DNA of 64,000 nt from Histomonas meleagridis 2922-C6/04-290x (taxonomy: Eukaryota; Protista; Parabasalia). Shown here one piece after another: positions 24,836-34,659 of the stretch (its first letter is position 1; the number at the start of each line of letters is the position of its first letter). The notes beneath the pieces were generated by a model. That model saw only the letters and a program-made list of their open reading frames with translations. It made no database searches and was not told the origin of the DNA. A program made the translations under genes and the position numbers. The DNA lies in NCBI GenBank assembly GCA_020184695.1, contig JAANOX010000280.1, positions 124,001 to 188,000 on the forward strand, given 5' to 3'.

Positions 24836-26378
24836 TTAACTCCAAAAAAATTTTTTTTGACGATTTGATGACTCTGTAATTGAACTAGTATTATAGCCGC
24901 AAGTAAAACTATAAATGAGACTTTTGCATATTGAATTCAACTTTTTTGATACATTATCTTCTAAATATTTATAAATTTGAGAAATTGATTTTAATTCTTC
25001 AAAAATTGATAGTGCAATAGATTTGTTTCTTGTCATTCCCATATATCGAAATTTATTTATTATATAAGACTTTTGGTCATCAGGGAGATTTTGTGAATTT
25101 AAATATTGAATAAAGTTGGACATTTTATGCCAAAAACAAATAACACGCTGTATTTTGTTGATCTTTTTTTTTTGACTCATTATCATCTCCCTTTTGTATT
25201 ATAGTAAATGCTCCATCAAGACCAACATCATCATCAGAACTAATCGTTTGTAAAATTCCTGCACTTGGAAGTTCAGTGCATATTAATTTGAATATCCAAT
25301 AAAAAATTTCGGCCTTTAACGGATATGTGAAAATTATACCTGCACTTCTAATTTCTCTCTCAGGTCCAATGACTGTTAGAGGAATAATACACCAATTTGT
25401 TGTCAAACTGGCAAATGTTGAATCAATTGCAAAAAAATCAGAATATAAAGATAAGTTTTAAAGTTCATATTTAGTGAAAGTTGCAACTGCTTCTCTATGA
25501 ATAATATTTTCATCATCTACATTCTGAAGGACAAATGTTTGTTTTTTAATTGGATCCAAATAATCAATTAATTTATGAGTTTCTGAATATTTATTATGAC
25601 ATTTTAATTTTTCATTTTTAGAATAAATACTATTAATTTGTTCTCGAGACAATGTAACCCCATATTGAATAGAAATAAATTGTATAACTTTATTTGGTTT
25701 GATGCCAATATCTAGCATATTGCATATTGATATTTGGATTTTATCATCTAATACTAAATGAGCATATATAAATGAATTAAGATAATGATTGTGATGTAAA
25801 TCGAAATATGTAACATGGTATTTTCTTTTATTATCAATTATATATGAGCCAATTCTTATTTTATACTCGCATTTACTATTTAAATCATTTTTTTTATAAT
25901 TTGTATGTTGATTGCAAAATAATGTTAATCGTTCTTCTTTGATTGATCTTTTTCGAACTAAATTAAAACCTTCTTCACAAGCTTTTTTAGATAATATTTC
26001 AATAATACCCGACATTGTATCATCAATTAAAATTTGTAAATTATTTGGGTTAAAAAACGAATTTATTTTTGAAATAAGGTGAATATCTGCTTCTTCTTTA
26101 GTAATAATATCCACACTCTTCACCTCAACATAAATTTCCTTCAATTGTTGATTGAATTTAACAATTCCATCAACTTCAACATAGTCTTCTATGTTAATTT
26201 CTATATCGACTAGTTTGTCATACGAACAGAGGATGCATTTCGGCAAATCATTCGAATTGGAATCATATTCTTGTAATCTGAATTTATTCTTCGTTACGTT
26301 GCTAATCCTAACACCACGCATTTTGATTTCAGTGTTAATATTTGATGCCTTGATGCTAGATATTGGGTTAATTTCCAT
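24836..26378 (-). mobile_element. Decayed Mutator-like (MULE) DDE transposase with N-terminal OB-fold-like segment
   Basis: FAR1/WRKY-like C..C..HxH segment (LTLFC...SKCEYKIRI...YHVTYFDLHHNH), then an in-frame TAA at 25458-25460, then FAIDSTF (D1) and ISSDDDVGLDGAF (D2). A frameshift in the A10 run (25164-25173) leads to RVICFWHK (CxxH) and FTCGYNTSSITESSNR (E). No SWIM domain or TIRs were found. Confidence 0.8.
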
Positions 26379-26789
26379 TTCTAAAAATATAATCGAAAAT
26401 ATCAGTCATAGTTTTGAGGTTATTGATAATATTCAAATTATATGTTTTATTTAAATTTTGAAATAGGGTGCTTGTTTCTGTCAAGCACACGGTGCTGCAA
26501 ACAATTTCTCTAAAAATAAATACATTCATGATTGGAAAACTTAACATTCTATGGAAGAAAAGAATTCTAAATTTTCAATAAATTTTAACGGAAGGTAAAA
26601 CTGTTTGTAGGCCATATGAACCAAAATTCAAATTAGAATATTATTAAATAATAAAGTAAGTTGCAATTAGGAAAATTTATATAAATTTAAAGCATGGCTT
26701 TCAAAACAAGATTTTATTTTCCTTTTAAAGAGGTGACAAAACGCCATTTCATGTAACATTTCCTAGGTTTTTTGGCTGTCTTCTTATCG

Positions 26790-28145
26790 ATGGCCGATGC
26801 AAATCCGAAGATTTGGGGTTTCTACCCTTATACTATCTGGCGGAAATTATGGGAATATTTAATCTATTTTTTATCACTTTTTACAATTTGGGAATGTACA
26901 TATGTTTGGTTTTTAGGAGTTGAATTCACGACAGGATTACTTATTGCTAATCTAATTATTGATTTTATATATTTCCTTGATATATTTGTTATTTTAAAAT
27001 CAGGTGTTCTTAAAAATGGCATTATCGTTCTAGATAAATCAACTTTAATGGCATCTGTCCCCAAGTGGCGCCGAATTATTTTGTACATCTCACCAATTCC
27101 ATTTTATTTATTTGGTACCATTTTTAATAATGTTTTATTATATGATATTTTAATTTGTACTAAATTAATACGAATCCTTCGTCTTCGTGATGCAACAGTT
27201 CGTATTAAGACAACACTTTATTATATTAACAATTTTAGTCGCATTTTAATTCTATTTTCTTATCTTTTTACTCTTATCCATCTTTTTACATGTATTTTCT
27301 GGTTTGCCGGAACCAAAGAGCCTAAAGATTCTTCATGGATTACATTTTTTGGACTTGAAAATCAAACCATTTTTGGTCAATATGTTCATACGTATTATTT
27401 TGTTACCACCACAGTACTTTCCATTGGTTATGGAGATGTACATCCCACCACATTTCCTGAGATCATTACAGTTATATTTATTGAATTAATTGGAGTTGTT
27501 TTTTATAATTTCTTAGCAGCAAATTTCTTTTCACTTGTTGCTGATCCGTCGCGAAACTTATTTCTAACAAAATATAAACGGGTTATTGATGGATTTGATC
27601 ATCGTGGAGTCTCTAAAGAATCAGAAAATGAAATCATTCGATATTATGAATATATTTGGGAAAAAGAACGAATTCAAACAGATTATTTTCAAACTGCGAA
27701 ACAATTTCCAGAATCATTACAAAAACGTATATCATTAATTATGTACATGAACTTATTTAATCGAATTGGATTCGAAAACATACCAATAAAAGCATTAGAA
27801 AAAATGGCATTAGCAATGAAGCCAAAAGTATTTACACCCGGAGATTTCATTGTTAAAGCGGGAAGAGTTTCAAATCATATATTTTTTGTTGAAGAAGGTA
27901 CCGTAGATATATTTAATATAAATGGTAAATTCGTTGTATCTTTCGATGAATCAAAAGGAGAAATTATCGGAGAAAATTCTTTTTTGGATGGAAATGAAGA
28001 AACTGCTAATGTAATAGCACATACTTATGTAGAAGCATTCGAATTGTCAAGAGTGGACTTAGAAGATATTCCTGAAATTAGAGAAACTTTAAGAAATGTT
28101 ACAAATGATAATCAAAATATTCAACAAAATGAGGATTCACCATAG
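26790..28145 (+). CDS. K+-channel-type ion channel with C-terminal cyclic-nucleotide-binding domain (KCNH/CNG-like, 451 aa)
   Basis: Multiple hydrophobic helices, S4-like KLIRILRLR, pore TTTVLSIGYGDVHP, C-linker and cNMP domain (FTPGDFIVKAGRVSNHIFFVEEG...IIGENSFL...TANVIAHTYVEAFELSR). Confidence 0.88.
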   Translation: MADANPKIWGFYPYTIWRKLWEYLIYFLSLFTIWECTYVWFLGVEFTTGLLIANLIIDFIYFLDIFVILKSGVLKNGIIVLDKSTLMASVPKWRRIILYISPIPFYLFGTIFNNVLLYDILICTKLIRILRLRDATVRIKTTLYYINNFSRILILFSYLFTLIHLFTCIFWFAGTKEPKDSSWITFFGLENQTIFGQYVHTYYFVTTTVLSIGYGDVHPTTFPEIITVIFIELIGVVFYNFLAANFFSLVADPSRNLFLTKYKRVIDGFDHRGVSKESENEIIRYYEYIWEKERIQTDYFQTAKQFPESLQKRISLIMYMNLFNRIGFENIPIKALEKMALAMKPKVFTPGDFIVKAGRVSNHIFFVEEGTVDIFNINGKFVVSFDESKGEIIGENSFLDGNEETANVIAHTYVEAFELSRVDLEDIPEIRETLRNVTNDNQNIQQNEDSP

Positions 28146-28690
28146 CTTTTGTTTATAAATAAATAATTTTTTTTTAGAAAGAATTACGTTAAAAAACAAT
28201 TTTTTAGAACTATTTATGTGTTTGAATCTCTTAATATGCTAAAAAAAATTTTAACGTAATGACTTAAAGTTTTAAAAAGACACTTTGGTACAATGTGATA
28301 TTCTTTTATTAAAGTCGAATTACTTAGAGTTACTGTAAATTATTATTTGTATAGTATAAAGAATATTTGTAAAAGTTTGCTGTGAATGGGTTTAGCGGAA
28401 TTTAAAAAAAATCAAAATTGTTAACAAAGCATAATTATAACATACAAAGGGTGTAGAAGTGTAGGCCAGAGAAAACAAGAGCTTTGCTGAAAAGGATAAT
28501 TTTTAATTATCATGGATAGAGCTGCATGCGATAAATTAATCCATTAACGTACGGATTTTGACCGTTTAAAATCCGATCGCTTTCTCTATTTTACCGTGTG
28601 ATTCTTCAAAAATTTACACTTATACATCACATCATGACGATTAACTATGACTGAAAAAAAATTATAAAAACAAAAATTATGCCAAAATAA

Positions 28691-29893
28691 ATGTTTGGAG
28701 CAGGATTGAGTAACACCCCTTGGGGATCGATGCTCAGCAATAAACCTACAGACGCTAGTGTGCCGTTTCAAAACCAAACGGGCTTTTTTGCCACTGCTGG
28801 AAATAACCCATTTGTAAACAACTCTAGTTCATCATCTACAGTGGCTACAAACCCATGGAAATCAAATAACTCCAATAGCGAAGGAACATGGGAAAACAGC
28901 GGACCGACAAATCCATGGGTTTCTTCAAGGGATAATTTTCAATCAACAAATACTCACAGTTCATTTAATCATGCTTACAATAATATAGAAACTATACCAG
29001 ATCCACCTGATGATAGGTTTAAGCCTAATACACAAAATGTAAAATCATCAACTCAAAATAAAGAAACTAAACCAACAACAGTAGCACCACCACCATCAGC
29101 ATCATTTGGAGCAAATAATAAAGAAACCAAACCAACAACAGTAGCACCACCACCATCAGCATCATTTGGAACAAATAATAAAGAAACTAAACCAACAACA
29201 GTAGTACCACCACCATCAACATCATTTGGAACAAATAATAAAGAAACTAAACCAACAACAGTAGCACCACCACCATCAGCATCATTTGGAGCAAATAATA
29301 ATGCGAATAAGCCGACAACAGTAGCACCACCACCATCAGCATCATTTGGAACAAATAATAAAGAAACTAAACCAACAACAGTAGCACCACCACCATCAGC
29401 ATCATTTGGAGCAAATAATAATGCGAATAAGCCGACAACAGTAGCACCACCACCATCAACATCCAATGATAATAATAATAAAGAAACAAAGCCAACAACT
29501 TTATCACCATCACATTCATCACCATTTGAAACAAACAGCAACAACAGCGAAATGCATACAGCATCTTCAGTGTATAAATCACCACCTCATGAATCCACTT
29601 CAAGCCAAGATAAAGAAGTCCGCCCAACAACAGCAGCTGCATCTCATTCTTTGCCTCATCATACTGAGTCGTGTATAAAACCACAAAATGTCACTGATGC
29701 AAATGAAGAAAGTGAATGTGCCCCACAACAAAATCTAATGCCACTTCAAAGTCCATATTTCATTGTATATGTTCCATACCCAGTAATGAGTTTCTATTCT
29801 CCGTATTATTATTGGCCAATGTATCCTTATGCATTTCCATATTATTATTACATGATGCCACCTTTCATATACCCATTTCCACCAATATTTTGA
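28691..29893 (+). CDS. Low-complexity Pro/Thr/Asn repeat protein (400 aa) with NPF/NPW motifs and Tyr/Pro-rich C-terminus
   Basis: Intact ATG-to-TGA ORF containing an in-frame 60-nt repeat. Confidence 0.75.
   Translation: MFGAGLSNTPWGSMLSNKPTDASVPFQNQTGFFATAGNNPFVNNSSSSSTVATNPWKSNNSNSEGTWENSGPTNPWVSSRDNFQSTNTHSSFNHAYNNIETIPDPPDDRFKPNTQNVKSSTQNKETKPTTVAPPPSASFGANNKETKPTTVAPPPSASFGTNNKETKPTTVVPPPSTSFGTNNKETKPTTVAPPPSASFGANNNANKPTTVAPPPSASFGTNNKETKPTTVAPPPSASFGANNNANKPTTVAPPPSTSNDNNNKETKPTTLSPSHSSPFETNSNNSEMHTASSVYKSPPHESTSSQDKEVRPTTAAASHSLPHHTESCIKPQNVTDANEESECAPQQNLMPLQSPYFIVYVPYPVMSFYSPYYYWPMYPYAFPYYYYMMPPFIYPFPPIF
29057..29500 (+). repeat. Coding 60-nt tandem repeat (20 aa, NKETKPTTVAPPPSASFGAN), 7 full units plus a partial one
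   Basis: Units start at 29057, 29117, 29177, 29237, 29297, 29357, 29417 and 29477; two carry the NANK variant. Confidence 0.92.
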
Positions 29894-30041
29894 TCAACGA
29901 AAATAAGTCAATAAAAATTGTCAAAAATTTTTTTATATTTAAGAAAAGTTACTCAAATTACACTCCTCTTCACATTATATATTATTGCGAACAAATTGAA
30001 AAATATAAAAAATACACAAGAAATTAATTTATTATTACGAT

Positions 30042-33000
30042 TTATATATCAGGAACATAATCTGAAAACTCAGCATTTTTTGCTTTTTCCCTTCTTATAT
30101 AGATAATAACACCAATAGCAATAACAGTCGCAAATACTAAACATCCAATTACGATTCCAACAATTGCTCCACCACCCAAAGTCGATTTCTGTTCTTCAGC
30201 TGGATCGGATGTGCCCAAAGTATGAGATGTATCTTCTGATTGTCCAGGTGAAGAAGAATAAGAAGAAGAAATAGATGATGAAGATGTAGATGTCGGAGTT
30301 GAAGATGAAGGCATATTAGACATAGAAGAAAACGAAGGAATCTCTGGTGAATAACTTATATCCATTGAGATTGCATTTTGTGATGCACTTGCCATTCTCC
30401 AATCTCCTGTTTTATTAAGTCTAAATCCATAACCGTTCTTCCTTGTATATACTTTGTATCCATTATTTATCTTCTCTACACCAAAAACAGGATATGCTCT
30501 TTCAAATCCATTTTCGAAGAACGATAGACTTTGACCATTGAAATTATCCATCGGCATTTTGGTTTCTATTTCAAAATAGCTATCGTTATAGTCAGGGTTT
30601 TCAAATTTGTTAATTTTTCCATTCCAAAACTTCTTTTGTGTTTGAATATGTAATCTTTTATTTGTAATATTTAAATAAGTACCACCAATCATTGTATAAT
30701 TATTTGAAATTACTGCAACAGAAGCATCCGTTGCATAACCAAATTCATTAATTATATTATTATCAAAACAACTTAATACATAATCATTACCATTAATAGT
30801 ATTAATTTCGAGTGCAACATTACCTTCGTCAATTTTTACGTTTTTAACATTTTGAATTACACATTCACTTTCTTTGCATCCTTCATAAACAACAACAAAA
30901 GTATTAATATCATTATTTGTCCCATTATTAGTCACCATGAAATAAGGTAAAGTTTTTCCTGCATCAGAATTACCTGAATCACGTTGACCCCAACCATCTT
31001 GATAAACAACTTTTTGGCCATTGATAGCTGGGAAATATGCAGTGAATGTAAAGTTATCTTCTTTCGACCATTTAACATTCCATTCATTATTTGTTATACC
31101 ATATTTTTGATCGACCATATCTGCTCCAAGTGATACAGTTCCTTCAAAGAATGTCCATTCATCTTCTTTAATTGCTGATGTTGAAAGTTGGAAATTCCCA
31201 TATGATCTTGCACTCGCATCATTCTCTTGACCTGATTTCCAATATACAACTTGTACAGTTGGCATTACTGTACCACGCATCCAAAATGATATATAAACTC
31301 TATAATTTTCATATCCTTTAAATCCATTTACAGCTGTTTTACCTCGCGTACTTCCAAGATAAAGTCCACTATTAACTTGATTTGTACTATATCGAACACC
31401 TCGTGTATATTTACCATCAATTGATTCCCATGAATGATCTGCATTACGATCTAAACCCCATAATACATCTGCTGGCATTTCTTCTTTGTTTGTAACAATT
31501 GGTGCTTCATCTGGAAATGGTTCAGCTAAATTTTCACCATAAGTTCCATCACTTAAAATTAATTTAACAGTTGGATCTGATACTTCTATAGTGCCAATAC
31601 TTTTCATTAAAAATCGAAATGCAAAACGATTTGGATTTTGTATAAATGGAATTGTAAATTCTAAATCACCATTTAGAACATAATTATAATCTACACCATG
31701 AAATACATATTGTTGAATAGTTCCACCTTTAACTCTAAATATATCAACAAGATAACTACTTTCATTATGTTCAATTTGTACAACTGTTCTATTATAGATA
31801 TCACATTGTGAATAAGCTTTAGATGAAGCTTGAATAACTTTAACATTTGGAAGTGTAACATATAAACTTATACTACCACCTCTTCCATCTAAGATTTGAT
31901 TATTACTATCAATTAATACTGTATTATGTACATAAGTATCATGCAATTTAGAACCATTTACATGATCGGCCATATAACCTAAATCACTAAGTAATTCATA
32001 ACCATCTTTCCAATATACTAAATTAAGTGAATCGATATGATGATGGCCTCCATAATCAGATGCATCAAGGACTAAAAGACTCTTCTTACCATATGATCCA
32101 GTTCTAATATAAGCTTGTGACCAATAAGGAAATACTATATCAGGGAAATTAAATTGTGCATTAGAATCAAAATTATTATTATTAAAGAAAAACATACTTA
32201 ATGCAGAAAATGTTTTCCCTCTCATTTTAGTTGCTACATATTCATCAAATCTACCAGGAAATGCATGCATTACATATTCTGCATGTTCATCTGCAAGTGA
32301 AAATGTTATAGAACTATCACCAATTGGTGGATAAACAAAAGAACTATATGAAGTCCATATTAAATTTTGCCAACATTGATCATATTTTGTGTCAGTTGCA
32401 ACATTTAATTGATCATAACGATCGGATTCTTTATAATCTAATGGATCTGTATAATTAGTAAATGCATAACCAAAGTCAAAAAGTCCTTTTAGAACTTTTC
32501 GTCCATACATTGCTGATTGACATGTACTTCCATCTTCTAAAAACCAATCGGAGATGGTTGTTAAAAATCCTTTAATTCCAAAATGTACTAATTCAATTGA
32601 TTTCGTAATTACTCCTACAAGTGCTGCACCTGCTAAGTTCATTACTGACTTATTATTAATTGATTTATCCCCCACTGCTAAATATGTTGATTCAATCAAT
32701 ACTTTTTCTTTGATTGTTTCAATTTCCGTATCAGTATATACACTCGATGAAATTGTAAGATCAAATGCATTCGCTAAAATTTTAACTTTTTCACCTTCAT
32801 CACCATTAGAATTCATTCGATGAGCTCCCCAATAACCTGAATACATTGTGGCATTAGGATCAACTCCAGGGCCTGCAATTTTTGGGCATTTAGAATCAGG
32901 TAAACTTTCAAGATTTAATGCTGCATAATGTGGATCACAATCCGCAAATTCATTATATGGATATCCTTCTGCTACAAGATAATTTGGTAAACATTCTGCT

Positions 33001-33710
33001 AGCCGAAGTAATACTTTACGAACAGCTGCAGCATATTTGTCGTCATCCGTAATGGCATAAGCATACGCTAAATCCGTTAAAAGAGAAATAACATGTTCGA
33101 CTTTATATCCGCGAATTACCATTGATGGTGCAGAAGAACAGGATTCATACTTTAAACATTTAACAGGTCCAACATTAGTAATATATGAAAAACTTTGACG
33201 TGGATCATATGTACTAGTAACAATATAATCTTCTGGATATTCTTCAGATGGAAAAACATGCCCACAAACTTTACAAGTAAGTTTATCAGGATCGCTTGCA
33301 CTCCATTTCCAGCTGCCTTTGGCATTCCAATTTTTCCCTGTTTTGACACAATTTGGACAAAATGTTTGTGCACCTGGTGTTACAATGGAAATAAAATCAT
33401 TGACGATGCTATCTGTAAGAAATGACACTGACGAATCAGCATTCTTAATTATTGTATTTTTTCTTGATTGAGCCCATTGATATTTTTCTATATTTTCTTT
33501 AGCTCGAGCTATATCATCAGGCTTGATTAGCCCTGATGGAATACGTTCTGTACTTCCTAGGTTATTATGAATTGAGGAAAAAAGTTGGAATTTCTGACTT
33601 TCAATGGAAAGCCTTGTAGAGTGGACATTACCTGAATGGTACTCTTCATCTTCATAATATCCTTTTGGAATGATTGAAAATATAGTACAAAGAAAGCAAG
33701 ACATAAGCAT
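30042..33710 (-). CDS. Type I membrane protein with bacterial-type heparinase II/III-family (polysaccharide lyase) ectodomain (1222 aa)
   Basis: Signal-like N-terminus MLMSCFLCTIFSII. CPNC...WKWSASDPDKLTCKVCGHVFP cysteine pairs, then a helical region, then GGHHHIDSLNLVYWKDGYELLSDLGY...HNTVLID (heparinase II/III C-terminal motif). Ser/Thr stalk, TM helix GGGAIVGIVIGCLVFATVIAIGVIIYI and a short tail follow. Confidence 0.8.
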   Translation of the reverse strand: MLMSCFLCTIFSIIPKGYYEDEEYHSGNVHSTRLSIESQKFQLFSSIHNNLGSTERIPSGLIKPDDIARAKENIEKYQWAQSRKNTIIKNADSSVSFLTDSIVNDFISIVTPGAQTFCPNCVKTGKNWNAKGSWKWSASDPDKLTCKVCGHVFPSEEYPEDYIVTSTYDPRQSFSYITNVGPVKCLKYESCSSAPSMVIRGYKVEHVISLLTDLAYAYAITDDDKYAAAVRKVLLRLAECLPNYLVAEGYPYNEFADCDPHYAALNLESLPDSKCPKIAGPGVDPNATMYSGYWGAHRMNSNGDEGEKVKILANAFDLTISSSVYTDTEIETIKEKVLIESTYLAVGDKSINNKSVMNLAGAALVGVITKSIELVHFGIKGFLTTISDWFLEDGSTCQSAMYGRKVLKGLFDFGYAFTNYTDPLDYKESDRYDQLNVATDTKYDQCWQNLIWTSYSSFVYPPIGDSSITFSLADEHAEYVMHAFPGRFDEYVATKMRGKTFSALSMFFFNNNNFDSNAQFNFPDIVFPYWSQAYIRTGSYGKKSLLVLDASDYGGHHHIDSLNLVYWKDGYELLSDLGYMADHVNGSKLHDTYVHNTVLIDSNNQILDGRGGSISLYVTLPNVKVIQASSKAYSQCDIYNRTVVQIEHNESSYLVDIFRVKGGTIQQYVFHGVDYNYVLNGDLEFTIPFIQNPNRFAFRFLMKSIGTIEVSDPTVKLILSDGTYGENLAEPFPDEAPIVTNKEEMPADVLWGLDRNADHSWESIDGKYTRGVRYSTNQVNSGLYLGSTRGKTAVNGFKGYENYRVYISFWMRGTVMPTVQVVYWKSGQENDASARSYGNFQLSTSAIKEDEWTFFEGTVSLGADMVDQKYGITNNEWNVKWSKEDNFTFTAYFPAINGQKVVYQDGWGQRDSGNSDAGKTLPYFMVTNNGTNNDINTFVVVYEGCKESECVIQNVKNVKIDEGNVALEINTINGNDYVLSCFDNNIINEFGYATDASVAVISNNYTMIGGTYLNITNKRLHIQTQKKFWNGKINKFENPDYNDSYFEIETKMPMDNFNGQSLSFFENGFERAYPVFGVEKINNGYKVYTRKNGYGFRLNKTGDWRMASASQNAISMDISYSPEIPSFSSMSNMPSSSTPTSTSSSSISSSYSSSPGQSEDTSHTLGTSDPAEEQKSTLGGGAIVGIVIGCLVFATVIAIGVIIYIRREKAKNAEFSDYVPDI

Positions 33711-34650
33711 TTTTGTTTCAGTGTGTCGCTTTTGACTGGTTTTAGCATAAATTTCACAAAAAGTTGTTTTATACATTGAACTGTTACACAAAAAATTGTG
33801 TATTTCATTGAAAGTCTTGAACAAAATTAATGGAAAATAAAATGGTGTATACCTTTTCATTCCACCAAAATGCCATAATAATTATTTACTGTTAACTCAA
33901 GAAAAATGAAATATTATGTTAATGAAATATAAAACAGCTTTTATAGTTATATATATATAATTTTTGGGTCTCATATAATAATGAGACAACAAGAAAGACC
34001 ATATGGTCTTAAATTTTTAGAAATGATTTTTCTATTTTCATAATTTGAAGTTCCCTAAATGGATGATAAAATGCAGGAAGTTGTTATTTTTTGACTAGAT
34101 TTTGACAAGAGATTTTCTTTGATGACTTTTGATAATACTCAAACTAAGGTAAATATCTATTTTATTCAAGAAATAATGTTTTATTTTATAGGATATGTTC
34201 AAACATTGGTGTGAATTGCTTGGTATAAATATTTAACAAATTATCAATGTTCTTCATTTATCCTATAAAAATATATTGTATATCATTTACAAAAATTGAG
34301 TAAACAAATAAAGATACATTTTGATTAAATCTTATCAACAAAACACGAAAATAAGTCGATCTTCCAATAAATTGCAAGCAATTCCATAAATAATGTTAAC
34401 ATTGTATTTTTCTGTGGATGACGTTTTTTTTTCCTCAAATTATTCGATAGAAAAAGTGTTTTCAATGAATTAATTTTTTGAGTTCGAAATGAGAATATTC
34501 ATGTATCCTAAGATTATAAAAGAGAAAAACAGAAAAAAAATCAATATAAAAAAAACATTATTTAAAAATATTATTGTGAATTCATTAAAACTACTTCGTA
34601 TTTTTCAAAAGTTTTGTTTTTATTTTTTAAGATAGTTGAACCCAAAATAT

Positions 34651-34655
34651 TCATT
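34651..34655 (+). promoter_or_regulatory. Initiator (Inr) motif TCATT
   Basis: Lies 5 nt upstream of the ATG at 34660; matches the trichomonad Inr TCA(Y). Confidence 0.5.
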
Positions 34656-34659
34656 TCAA

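Noticed and set aside
26400-26560. Plus-strand SWIM-like fragment (FEVIDNIQIIC...CFCQAH) next to the MULE
   Set aside because: It is on the opposite strand and the wrong side of the transposase, is interrupted by stops, and has incorrect ligand spacing.
30042-33860. Bacterial contaminant contig as the source of the lyase; longer N-terminus from Met 33860
   Set aside because: The gene is flanked by eukaryotic genes, has host-like AT content and has a eukaryote-style TM tail. The Met at 33710 starts the signal-like peptide, so the upstream 50 codons are probably not translated.
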